From Candidatus Methanosuratincola verstraetei (GTDB taxonomy: Archaea > Thermoproteota > Methanomethylicia > Methanomethylicales > Methanomethylicaceae), in assembly GCA_049570475.1 (NCBI GenBank), contig CP186953.1:768001-832000 (forward strand): 64,000 bases of DNA, in the 5' to 3' direction. The notes under the pieces are model-generated. The model was not told where the DNA came from, made no database searches, and saw only the letters and a program-made list of their open reading frames with translations. The position numbers and the translations under genes are program-made. This document shows positions 52,287 through 61,045 of the stretch, piece after piece. Positions within the stretch are counted from its first letter, which is position 1, and each line of letters begins with the position of its first letter.

Positions 52287-52982
52287 GTGCTCGCTTTGAA
52301 GATAACCATCAAGCTCAGCGGCCACGTTCTGTTTCCTACCTTCGATAAGCAAGCAAGATTTTTGGAATACGCAGATATAGTCAAGGAGCTCGTTTCGAAG
52401 GGTCAAGAAGTGAATGTCGTAGTGGGTGGCGGAGCTCCTGCCAGGTATTACATTCAAATGGCGAGACAACAAGGTGCTGACGAGTCCACGTGTGATTTTA
52501 TTGGAATACAGATCGCCAATCTAAACGCAAAATTATTTTCTATAGCGTTGGGGGATATTGCGTGCCCTTTCGTTCCTACCAGCTATGAGGAGATGCAGAA
52601 GGCAAAGGAGACGGGTAAGGTAATTGTAATGGGCGGGCTCCAGCCAGGACAGTCCACTAATGCCGTAGCGTGCGTCTTGGCGGAATTCACGAATTCAAAT
52701 TTGCTAATCAATACAACAACCGTTGATGGGGTCTACACCTCTGATCCAAGAAAAGATCCTAGCGCTAGGCGCCTGAGCAAAGTTTCTATTTCGGAACTGG
52801 GCAAAATTCTAGAGTCGATCGGCACAAGAGCCGGTGAATATGAGCTTCTTGATCCTGTGGCTCTCAGGATTATTCAAAGATCCAGGATTACCACAAAGAT
52901 AATAGATGGGACAAACCCCATGAATATCCTAGCCGCTAGTGCTGACTTGAAAGAGGGAATAGGCACGTTGATCGTCCCTTAA
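52287..52982 (+). CDS. pyrH: UMP kinase
   Basis: IKLSG, VVVGGG, PGQSTNAVA, VDGVYTSDP. Confidence 0.94.
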   Translation: MLALKITIKLSGHVLFPTFDKQARFLEYADIVKELVSKGQEVNVVVGGGAPARYYIQMARQQGADESTCDFIGIQIANLNAKLFSIALGDIACPFVPTSYEEMQKAKETGKVIVMGGLQPGQSTNAVACVLAEFTNSNLLINTTTVDGVYTSDPRKDPSARRLSKVSISELGKILESIGTRAGEYELLDPVALRIIQRSRITTKIIDGTNPMNILAASADLKEGIGTLIVP

Positions 52983-52984
52983 AG

Positions 52985-53221
52985 GTGATTATGGTGTCAA
53001 AGAAAAGCTATGAAGAAAAATGGGGTCCACATAGCCATTGCGTAATTTGCGGTAATGCGATTCCCGAGGGCGAAAAATACTGCAGCGATATCTGCAAAAA
53101 GAAGTATGAAGAGGAGCTTAAGAAGGCAAGCCGCCAACAAAAAATCAGCTACATATTCATCGTCGCAATGGGCGCCCTTCTGGTCGCAATGTTCCTTCTG
53201 CCATATCTGTTCGGGCAATGA
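52985..53221 (+). CDS. DUF2116-like Zn-ribbon protein with C-terminal TM helix
   Basis: PHSHCVICGNAIP..EKYCS..C followed by a hydrophobic tail. Confidence 0.85.
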   Translation: MIMVSKKSYEEKWGPHSHCVICGNAIPEGEKYCSDICKKKYEEELKKASRQQKISYIFIVAMGALLVAMFLLPYLFGQ

Positions 53222-53296
53222 TCCTGCTGTGAATTCCCAGGAAAGACCAGATTAGCCTTATGCTTAAATATTCCTGGGATTTCTTATCTTCCCTGG

Positions 53297-53400
53297 GCGG
53301 GGATCCCCTAGCCAGGTCAAAGGGGAAGGACTCAAGATCTCTAAGATGGGTTATCCTTTGGCGAAGGCCTTCGTGGGTTCAAATCCCACTCCCCGCACCA
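53297..53400 (+). tRNA. tRNA-Leu(CAA) with 16-nt intron (53337-53352)
   Basis: GCGGGGA/TCCCCGC acceptor, long variable arm, 37/38 BHB (CTCA/TGGG), encoded CCA. Confidence 0.95.
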
Positions 53401-53411
53401 ATTTAAAAAAG

Positions 53412-53714
53412 CTATTTTTTGATCATAAATAAAAGCATTTTAAACCTCTTCGATGCATTTACTGCATGTGGCTTGTTCGCAGGGAGGATTATGGAATCTC
53501 CTTCGTCCAAGAGGTGTTTCTCTCCCTGGATTGTTATTTCAGCGTGCCCTTCAATGATTTGTATAAATGCATCGTAAGGGGCGGTGTGCTCGCTCAGCTT
53601 TTGCCCTTGGTCGAAAGCAAAAATTGTAAGGCTGCCGCAATCTTCGTCCAATAGCACGCTGCTCACAATACTATTGGTCTGATAGTTTACTAGCTCTTTG
53701 GTTTTGAATTTCAT
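53412..53714 (-). CDS. Cupin-domain protein
   Basis: FAFDQGQKLSEHTAP, LPANKPHAV. Confidence 0.9.
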   Translation of the reverse strand: MKFKTKELVNYQTNSIVSSVLLDEDCGSLTIFAFDQGQKLSEHTAPYDAFIQIIEGHAEITIQGEKHLLDEGDSIILPANKPHAVNASKRFKMLLFMIKK

Positions 53715-53761
53715 GAATATCCGCCTCTGCGCCAAGAAATAAAAAAGTGAAACTCAGGAAA

Positions 53762-54067
53762 TCACTTGGTTTTGAGGTCTTTTATGAATGTATCAACGGG
53801 GACTGCGGGCATAGATAGTATTTTTACGGTGCCTCTTGAACCGAACTCAGCAGATATTTTGTAAACAACTTCGTTGGACGGCGCTTCGATTATATTCACA
53901 AAGTCATATGGCCCCAGCGTCGCGAACTGGTGTATCATCTTAGCACCCAGCGCCTCGATTTCCTTGTTGACCTCCTTGATCCTTTCGGGTTTTTCCTTTA
54001 TTGTCTTCCTTCCTTCTGCTGTTAGGTTGGATAGAAGTACATAATAAGGCAAAACTGCCTCCTCCAT
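53762..54067 (-). CDS. GYD-domain protein
   Basis: LTAEGRKTIK..PER, LGPYDFVNIIEAP. Confidence 0.88.
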   Translation of the reverse strand: MEEAVLPYYVLLSNLTAEGRKTIKEKPERIKEVNKEIEALGAKMIHQFATLGPYDFVNIIEAPSNEVVYKISAEFGSRGTVKILSMPAVPVDTFIKDLKTK

Positions 54068-54102
54068 TTCTATCTACTTCTAACGTTCTAATTAATTTTG
54101 GC

Positions 54103-54921
54103 TTACATTGAGTATGCTTCGACCAGATCTCTTGCGGTTATTATGCCCGATAGTTCTCCATCCTCTAAAACGGGTAGCCTCCTCACGTGCCTTGAGGCCA
54201 TTAGCATGGCTGCCCTATGTATGCTCCAATCTGATTCGATAGTAATCAATGGCGAAGAAGCGAACTTCTGCACCTCTTCTTCAAGAGAGACCTCCTTGTA
54301 AATCACCTTAGAAAGCAGATCCCTTTCGGTGAATATCCCCCACGGCTTGCCTTCCTTAGTTACTATTAACGATCCAATTCTTTCTTTCCCCATGATCTTT
54401 GCAGCGTCTAAAATTTTTTCATCAGGATCTACGGTCCTAACTTTTCTGGTCATGAAGTATTTTACCAAAACAGTAGTTTCGGGAGCCTCAGGCAGTGACT
54501 TTATGAGGTCTGATGCGGTCACAATTCCGACCGCCTTCCGATCTTCCGTCACTACCAACTTGCCTTTCTGCTTTATCATCGTTCTTGCAGCTTCCCTGAT
54601 TGTAGCCTGCGGTCTTATGGTCACAAGTCTCGGTGAATATACATCAAAGACTCTTACCTCGCTTGGTTTTTTATCCGCGGCAATAACTCTTGTCAGAAGA
54701 TCTCTTTCTGTGACTATCCCAAGCGGTCGTTCTTGCCCTCTAACAAGAAGGCTTCCTATGTGGTGCTCTCCCATTAATCTTGCGGCTTCAAGCATAGTCT
54801 TTTCCTGTTCAATGTATTTCAATTCCTTGCTCATTATCTCTGAGACATGTTTGTGCCTCTTGTACTCGCTGTATGCCACATCAATTACACTCGGGAATTC
54901 CTCTTTCAATGTCGTTTTCAT
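54103..54921 (-). CDS. CBS-domain protein (four CBS repeats)
   Basis: GIVTERD, GIVTASD, GIFTERD, GIITARD. Confidence 0.9.
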   Translation of the reverse strand: MKTTLKEEFPSVIDVAYSEYKRHKHVSEIMSKELKYIEQEKTMLEAARLMGEHHIGSLLVRGQERPLGIVTERDLLTRVIAADKKPSEVRVFDVYSPRLVTIRPQATIREAARTMIKQKGKLVVTEDRKAVGIVTASDLIKSLPEAPETTVLVKYFMTRKVRTVDPDEKILDAAKIMGKERIGSLIVTKEGKPWGIFTERDLLSKVIYKEVSLEEEVQKFASSPLITIESDWSIHRAAMLMASRHVRRLPVLEDGELSGIITARDLVEAYSM

Positions 54922-55079
54922 AATCCCCTCCTGATTATACCTTAGAAACCGAAAATATAAAAAATTCCGAATAACCATTTATGGAAGTGCATTAGTATAG
55001 AAAAATTCTCGTCCTTTTTGTTTTCTTGTTCAATTTTTCTGCATTTTTTTTACTATCGACATCCTGTTAATGAAATGGG

Positions 55080-55643
55080 CTAGTTTATGTTTGCTGATCT
55101 TTCGCTTCTGATGAAAGCTTCGATGAGCCATGGAAGCGTTAATAGTGAAGAAATCAATTCTGGCACTGCTGCGCCTGGAAAAGCAACATTGTTAAAATGT
55201 AGCCACCAAAACGGAACAGCCAACAGAATTAACAAAGCCAAGCGACTCTTGGTCTCATAGAAATAGGAAAGTCCTGTTAAGAGCAAAAGCAGGAACAGCA
55301 ATATTGAGACGTAAAAATGGATCCTGCCATAATTCTCGCAGAAAACTCCTACCAATTGAAGCGAAGCGCCTGTTAGGGCTAAAAATTTTGCAGTGAGAGG
55401 GGTTTTGATATTGAATCCTTTTATGCTGTATGCAAAAATTAGAAGTCCTGATATTAGCAATCCTCCATTAAAAAATGGCGCCGAGGGATTTCTTAGATTT
55501 CCTAGGTCACTAAGTGCATTTTCTAACCAATTGAACCATGGCGAAATTGATATTGAAATGAATATTGTTGAGTAAATAGAGGCTACTGCCAGCGGTCCTG
55601 TATAACTCCATTTCAATGCATTCGCCTGCCTTTTTCGGGTCAT
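55080..55643 (-). CDS. DUF998-like membrane protein
   Basis: PWFNWLENALSDLG, FNGGL, VGVF.E...IH, AVPE. Confidence 0.85.
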   Translation of the reverse strand: MTRKRQANALKWSYTGPLAVASIYSTIFISISISPWFNWLENALSDLGNLRNPSAPFFNGGLLISGLLIFAYSIKGFNIKTPLTAKFLALTGASLQLVGVFCENYGRIHFYVSILLFLLLLLTGLSYFYETKSRLALLILLAVPFWWLHFNNVAFPGAAVPELISSLLTLPWLIEAFIRSERSANIN

Positions 55644-55728
55644 TATATTTGAATGCTTCTTTTGTTTTTATAACGGTTATTGGCCTTGCAAAAAATTAAT
55701 TAACCTTATGTGACGGTTAGATATCGGC

Positions 55729-55826
55729 GCCTCAGTGGCTCAGCCTGGTAGAGCACCGCCTTGGTAAGTTGGCGATATGACCCAAATAGGCGGTGGTCGC
55801 GGGTTCAAACCCCGCCTGAGGCTCCA
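55729..55826 (+). tRNA. tRNA-Thr(GGT) with 21-nt intron (55767-55787)
   Basis: GCCTCAG/CTGAGGC acceptor, 37/38 BHB (TTGG/CCAA), encoded CCA. Confidence 0.95.
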
Positions 55827-55929
55827 TGATTAACACAAAAAATCTGGGCAGTTAACGTGAACTTTTCTCAAGCTCAGAGATGCGCCAAATTAGGTTTATA
55901 TAATCCTGTTTATTTTCTCTGGATTTGGT

Positions 55930-56097
55930 GGGGCTGTGGTCTAGCACGGTATGACGGCAAGGCGAAGGGGAAACCCTCGCCTCGTTAAGGGCTCCAGAGG
56001 CTTCATAGAAGAAAATATGACCTTTAGGGATGATTTTCTTCTGGAGCGGCTAGGCGGGGAAACCCGCATGTCGGGGGTTCAAGTCCCTCCAGCCCCA
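55930..56097 (+). tRNA. tRNA-Trp(CCA) with two introns (55959-55988 at 28/29; 55998-56061 at 37/38)
   Basis: Removing both introns gives a GCGGG-CTCCAGA-CCCGC anticodon arm inside a GGGGCTG/CAGCCCC acceptor; BHB-type helices GACG/CGTT and CTCC/GGGG. Confidence 0.9.
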
Positions 56098-56117
56098 CTA
56101 AATGTTTACGAGCCATT

Positions 56118-57242
56118 TTAGCCGACAATGTTCTCTTGAAGTACTTCGAAAGCCTCAGGAGTTAACAAACCTCTCTCTATGTCTTTTTTGTATTCCTCCT
56201 CTGCAAACTGCTTCTTTTTCATGCTTAGCGAAATCAGGCTCTCTTTAACAGAAGGGTCCACGTCTGAACATTCGATGTATTTCCCTCTTATTGCTCTGTT
56301 TACTAGCTCTTCTCCAACTTTTGATCTAATGATCAACAAAGACCAGTCAGGCGCGACCCCTTCTACCCTCCCTACCGAAACATCAGAAACCAATCCTGTG
56401 AGATCTTGGCAAGTTTTACAACCCTCTCTTACACGTTCCCAAATTTCTTTCATTGGGATCTTGATCCTATTGGAACTAAGGTTAACATTAAACTCCGAGT
56501 CCAGCTCAATGCTTCTGATTTTGGCCTTGTCTATTCCCTTCTCCTGAAGGCTTTCGACAAGATCCTTTAGTGAAGAGATGCTCCAAAGACAGAAAAGGCT
56601 GATGAGAGGACCTAGCTCATCGCTCGATTTGTGACCAAATATTTGCAGCTTTCTCATGGCTATCATGTGGCAGGGGACTCCCACAAATGCTACTCTGGAA
56701 CCTGAATATCCTTTAATCAATGAGTCAAATGCTTTGGCGACCGCCGCTGGATGAAAATCCAAACTTAGCATAGACGGTAGAAAGTCGCTTATTGGAGGAA
56801 CCTTTTGCTTGAAGTGGGCCTTCATGTCCCCTAGCCTCTTTGTTTCAGATGCCACCACAGCATCTACAAGGCCCTCTTCAAGCGCGCAAAGGGATAGCGA
56901 TGTCGCAACGCCCCCGCTTCCTGTGAGTTCCCTTATGTCGCTGAACGTACTGCGTGCAATTTTTATCGAATAAAACCTCCCTATTCCGGGAATGAAGTTC
57001 GTTCCTTTGGAGAAATCATCAAAAACCTTCTGGATGTTAGGTCCCGTGTGAGGGCATATGTCATAGCATATCCTGCACTCCGGGACTATTTCATTACAAT
57101 CGTAAACCTGTGAGTTGTTTGTCTCTGTTATTTCAATCGCATTCATCGGACAGGCTACCTCGCATGCCCCGCATAAGGTACAGATCTCGCTATTGATGAT
57201 CTTTTTTTGGAGTTGTTGGTAGCCATTGAAACAAAATTCCAT
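56118..57242 (-). CDS. Coenzyme F420 hydrogenase/dehydrogenase beta-subunit family protein (FrhB/FpoF-like)
   Basis: N-terminal CTLCGACEVACP and CRICYDICP Fe-S motifs, GGVAT, VGVPC, LFC, GCKTC.D, DVSVG. Confidence 0.88.
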   Translation of the reverse strand: MEFCFNGYQQLQKKIINSEICTLCGACEVACPMNAIEITETNNSQVYDCNEIVPECRICYDICPHTGPNIQKVFDDFSKGTNFIPGIGRFYSIKIARSTFSDIRELTGSGGVATSLSLCALEEGLVDAVVASETKRLGDMKAHFKQKVPPISDFLPSMLSLDFHPAAVAKAFDSLIKGYSGSRVAFVGVPCHMIAMRKLQIFGHKSSDELGPLISLFCLWSISSLKDLVESLQEKGIDKAKIRSIELDSEFNVNLSSNRIKIPMKEIWERVREGCKTCQDLTGLVSDVSVGRVEGVAPDWSLLIIRSKVGEELVNRAIRGKYIECSDVDPSVKESLISLSMKKKQFAEEEYKKDIERGLLTPEAFEVLQENIVG

Positions 57243-57385
57243 ACATTTTTTATAACGGCTTTATTTAAAAGTTTTTGCAAGCGTTCGCCCTGAAAACTCT
57301 GCGGCTCTCCTAAAAACAAAATTTTTCTACTTGCTCGTTCCTTATTGTGCTCGATCCGTTAATCTTTGCCTTTTTCAAAACAAGT

Positions 57386-58441
57386 TTAGGATGGTCGTTC
57401 GACCTTTTCAATACGCGTGAATTCCAATATCTTCCTGATCTTGGCTTCAAGTTCTGCTAAATCCGTAAATGGGATCTCTTTTGCATCTTTGAATAGTCGT
57501 TCTCTAATGAGCTTCCCTGCCAAATCATCAGTCCCCCTCTCAAGGGTAAAAATTACAGACCCTGTTGCATAATTCTTTTCTGTGCAGATCCCGTCTTCAT
57601 CCCCGTCAGTAACACCAATTACTGGCACACCATATCTGCTTAGTATGTTGCCAGCAGTCTTTGTCGTGTCATCTCCCACCGTTATAACGGCAGACGCTTC
57701 TTTGCATTTATGAGCAAGCTTTTCAGCGTCGTGGTCAATTATACAGACGATTTCTTTCTTCTCAGTAGGTTTCACTTTTGGCGTATTCTGGGTTCTTCTA
57801 ATCGTGCCGCTGCGCACTATCGCCTTGTCGAGTCCTTCAAGCTTTAACCTGCTCAAAACGTGCTCTTTAACTTCAACTCCAGAAAACTTTATTTTTCCAT
57901 ATCTGTCTTCAAAAAGCTCGACCATATCGCTAACAGCCTTGCCAACTACCACCCCATTTATCCACACATTTTCCCCTTTGATTGCTCCTGAGATCCTCCG
58001 GGCCCTCGGCGGAATCTGGTCTTTTTTTGTTGGAAGTATTAGCCTCTTTGATAACTTATCCGAGATCCATTTTGCCAAATCGTCTCCTTTAGCGTTCCAG
58101 CTTATAACAAAATCTCTATCTACCTGAACTAACGGTTTTGTCACCCCTGCCCTCGAAGCCACAGCCCTGCCAAACTCTATTCCCGTCTCTTCTTGTTTGC
58201 AATAATTTACAAGAACTAAAACATCCGCCTCAGCCTCAAGCCTTTTGAGTGCCTCTGAGGGAAGCTCAACTCTTGAAATCTCGATTATATCTTCGAGCCC
58301 GGCGTCAATGGCTGCAATAACCCCTGTTGACCCGCCAACGCACGCTTTTACCTCCCCGTAGTTTGAAAGCAAATCTATTACCTGCGTCGCTAAACCCGTA
58401 TCGATCGCTTCTGGTCCATGTATTACAATACCGCATTTCAT
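57386..58441 (-). CDS. DUF2117-family protein
   Basis: GIVIHGPE.ID.G, GENVWINGVVVG, IDHDAE, TVGDDTT, GVTDGD. Confidence 0.82.
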   Translation of the reverse strand: MKCGIVIHGPEAIDTGLATQVIDLLSNYGEVKACVGGSTGVIAAIDAGLEDIIEISRVELPSEALKRLEAEADVLVLVNYCKQEETGIEFGRAVASRAGVTKPLVQVDRDFVISWNAKGDDLAKWISDKLSKRLILPTKKDQIPPRARRISGAIKGENVWINGVVVGKAVSDMVELFEDRYGKIKFSGVEVKEHVLSRLKLEGLDKAIVRSGTIRRTQNTPKVKPTEKKEIVCIIDHDAEKLAHKCKEASAVITVGDDTTKTAGNILSRYGVPVIGVTDGDEDGICTEKNYATGSVIFTLERGTDDLAGKLIRERLFKDAKEIPFTDLAELEAKIRKILEFTRIEKVERPS

Positions 58442-58576
58442 TCCTGCCACCCGTGAAAGTTGGCATTTACAGCGACGAAAATATTTCAAAAGCTGACTTT
58501 TATCACTCTCTTTTTGTGTTAATTTATGAAACAAAAGTTATAAGCAGTCATTGCAATAAATATTAATGGTGGTTTA

Positions 58577-58816
58577 ATGCCCCTCGCCTTTGTGTTGGTT
58601 AATGTCGAAGCAGGAACAGATAGAGAGGTCCTTGAGAACATCAAAAAGATACCTGAAGTCAAAACGGCTTACATGGTTTATGGAGTCTATGATATAATTG
58701 TCATGATCGAGTCCGATACCCTTGAGAAGCTGCGAGAGATGGTGACCAAGAAGATCCGGCAGTTGGACAAAGTACGTTCCACGATGACCATGATAGTTAT
58801 GGAAGAAGGTCAGTAA
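58577..58816 (+). CDS. Stand-alone Lrp/AsnC ligand-binding (RAM) domain protein
   Basis: AFVLVN...VYGVYDII...KIRQLDKVRSTMTMIV. Confidence 0.9.
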   Translation: MPLAFVLVNVEAGTDREVLENIKKIPEVKTAYMVYGVYDIIVMIESDTLEKLREMVTKKIRQLDKVRSTMTMIVMEEGQ

Positions 58817-58859
58817 GAGTAAGGTTTAAAAACCCCCTGCTTTTTCTATATTTCGGCAC

Positions 58860-58975
58860 GCCGGCCAAAGTTGGTGGGTTCCACCCGTTCCCATCCCGAA
58901 CACGGTAGTTAAACCACCAAACGTCTGCGGTTGTACTGGACGCCGAGAGGGTCCGGGAACCCGCGGAAGCTGGCG
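58860..58975 (+). rRNA. rrf: 5S rRNA (unlinked from 16S-23S)
   Basis: CACCCGTTCCCATCCCGAACACGGTAGTTAA signature; terminal helix GCCGGC/GCTGGC. Confidence 0.94.
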
Positions 58976-59049
58976 GCCTCTTCATCTTTTAAAGCCTTGA
59001 AATTAACCAAATAAATATAACCAAGAATGATGTCAAAAATAACGTTCTC

Positions 59050-60183
59050 GTGGTGGAAAGCGTGCTTCCCATAAATCAAGGTCTATTCGGCGGAGGCGAC
59101 ATGACCTCCGTGCTCCTTAATATCGTATGGATGGTGCTGTTCTTTGCAGTTATCATCACTTTTAATCAGCGGTTACAGCTCTATTCCTATCAAAGGAATG
59201 TAGAGAAAGCTGTTGTCCGTTTGGAAGAACTTGCGACAAAGAGCAAAGAGGATGCAATTAACAGCATCAAGTCATTTGCTCCTGAAGGAATAGACCTGCG
59301 TGGGGACATTTCGGGTTTCCTCGAATTCTTCACAATTGAGCCGGTAAGCCTTGACCCCTTCGGAGTGCTAAAAAGATTGGAGCACCTGCTTGACATTAGG
59401 CGTTCGCGGTCTGTAGAATTTGTATCCCGGATTGCACCAAAGGCAACAAAGACCGAAAAAGAGAACATTGAAGTGATACTGGAAGCAGCGACTGCAGTAA
59501 ATTACATATACAAAGTGGTAAGGCACTTCTTGCTTCTAGGCAAGAAAACAAAGAGTCTGATGATTTTTGTCCAGCTCGACATGCAGTTACCCATGATAAT
59601 GAAACAGGCCGAGGCATACTATGCTGCCCAAACTACATTCACGGCTGGGAAGCCTATAGGCGATGGGCTTGGGCCGCTCGTAGCATCAAAACTCATCTTC
59701 GGATCGCCACAAAAGAGGATCGCAGAGGACATAATTTACTCTGAAGTTGATATTGAAAAAAGGAAAGTCATTGTACTCAAGGCAGAAGGTCCAGGGGGCG
59801 TTGTAGGGAAGCCAGGAGAGGCAGTCAAGGAATTGGTGGAAGGGTTGGAAGGAAAAGTCAGCCGGATAATCATGATCGATGCCGCCTCGAAATTGGAAGG
59901 TGAAAACACAGGAGAAGTTGTTGAGGGAGTGGGCGCAGCGATAGGCGATCCTGGTCCCGAGAAATACAAGATAGAAGAGGTGGCAGTAAAATACAAGATC
60001 CCAATAGACGCAATCGTATGTAAGATGGGGCTAGAAGAGGCATTGACAACTATAAAGAAGGAGGTAGTCGAAGCCTCCGATGTAATAGTTGAGCGCGTAA
60101 AGAAAATGATCTCAGAAAGGACCAAAGAAGGAGATATAGTGATCGTTGCGGGGATCGGCAATACCATGGGAGTAGGGCAATGA
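59050..60183 (+). CDS. DUF1512-family protein
   Basis: PVSLDPFG, PIGDGLGP, KAEGPG, IDAASKLEGE, GIGNTMGVGQ. Confidence 0.88.
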   Translation: MVESVLPINQGLFGGGDMTSVLLNIVWMVLFFAVIITFNQRLQLYSYQRNVEKAVVRLEELATKSKEDAINSIKSFAPEGIDLRGDISGFLEFFTIEPVSLDPFGVLKRLEHLLDIRRSRSVEFVSRIAPKATKTEKENIEVILEAATAVNYIYKVVRHFLLLGKKTKSLMIFVQLDMQLPMIMKQAEAYYAAQTTFTAGKPIGDGLGPLVASKLIFGSPQKRIAEDIIYSEVDIEKRKVIVLKAEGPGGVVGKPGEAVKELVEGLEGKVSRIIMIDAASKLEGENTGEVVEGVGAAIGDPGPEKYKIEEVAVKYKIPIDAIVCKMGLEEALTTIKKEVVEASDVIVERVKKMISERTKEGDIVIVAGIGNTMGVGQ

Positions 60184-60551
60184 AGGTGGTTATGGTGCAA
60201 AAATCTCAAAGAAATACGATTGTTTCTATAGTACTCACATTGATCGCATTTGTGTTATTCATTTCAGTTTCTCTGTTTGAAGAGCTGGCTGACTTGAGTA
60301 TGGTAATTATGATAGTGGGTCTTGTGCTTCTCGCCGCGTCTTGGGGCGTATACTTCCTTTCAGGCAAATCTGCTCCAAAAGAAGAGGTTGAAAATGTAAT
60401 AACTGTGATAGCTTGCAGAAACTGCGGGCAAGTTGAGGAAAGGAGTTTCGCCCCTGGTGATTACATCTTTAAGGACATGGGGCAATGCAAAAAATGCTCT
60501 GGGCCTTCATTCATAAAATCGATCTACTCCATCTCTCCTAAGAAGGAATAA
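60180..60551 (+). CDS. Two-TM protein with C-terminal Zn ribbon
   Basis: Two hydrophobic helices then CRNCG...R.F..GDYIFK..GQCKKC. Confidence 0.78.
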   Translation: MKVVMVQKSQRNTIVSIVLTLIAFVLFISVSLFEELADLSMVIMIVGLVLLAASWGVYFLSGKSAPKEEVENVITVIACRNCGQVEERSFAPGDYIFKDMGQCKKCSGPSFIKSIYSISPKKE

Positions 60552-60554
60552 AGC

Positions 60555-61025
60555 TTGAAACTCCCCCTCTTAGCTGTCGGAGGAACATTCGATCACTTTC
60601 ACAAGGGCCACGAATCGCTTCTTTTGAAGGCATTCGAGTTGGGAGAAGTTGTCATCGTCGGAGTAACTTCTGATGAATTTGCAAAGAAGATGGGTAAAAA
60701 TGAAATCCAGGACTTTAACCAAAGGATGGGTCAGGTTAAAGCCTTTCTCATTATACAGCACCTGATCGAAAGAGCTAAACTGATTGAGCTTCATGATGCG
60801 TTTGGCCCCCTCTCGGAAGATCCTGGAGTATGCGGCGTAGTGGTGACCCAGGAAACGCTCGAGAATGCTGAGAGGGCCAACCGAATAAGGCTCGAGAAGG
60901 GCATGCCGCCCTTAAAAATATTTGTTCATGATTTTTTGCTTGCTAAAGACGGCAGACCGATCTCTTCCTCCAGGATAAGGAATAAAGAGATAGACGAACG
61001 AGGTTATGTGCTAAGAAAGAATTGA
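60555..61025 (+). CDS. coaD: Phosphopantetheine adenylyltransferase (archaeal/eukaryotic type)
   Basis: VGGTFDHFHKGH, GVTSD, ISSSRIR. Confidence 0.92.
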   Translation: MKLPLLAVGGTFDHFHKGHESLLLKAFELGEVVIVGVTSDEFAKKMGKNEIQDFNQRMGQVKAFLIIQHLIERAKLIELHDAFGPLSEDPGVCGVVVTQETLENAERANRIRLEKGMPPLKIFVHDFLLAKDGRPISSSRIRNKEIDERGYVLRKN

Positions 61026-61045
61026 GCTGCGAAGGGGTTGTTGGG

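Noticed and set aside
53401-55728. Possible integrated element between tRNA-Leu and tRNA-Thr (cupin, GYD, CBS, DUF998)
   Set aside because: No integrase, transposase or duplicated tRNA end seen; the genes are common archaeal accessory genes
58860-58975. 5S gene separated from the rRNA operon and tRNA-free spacer
   Set aside because: Normal arrangement for TACK archaea; useful only for taxonomy
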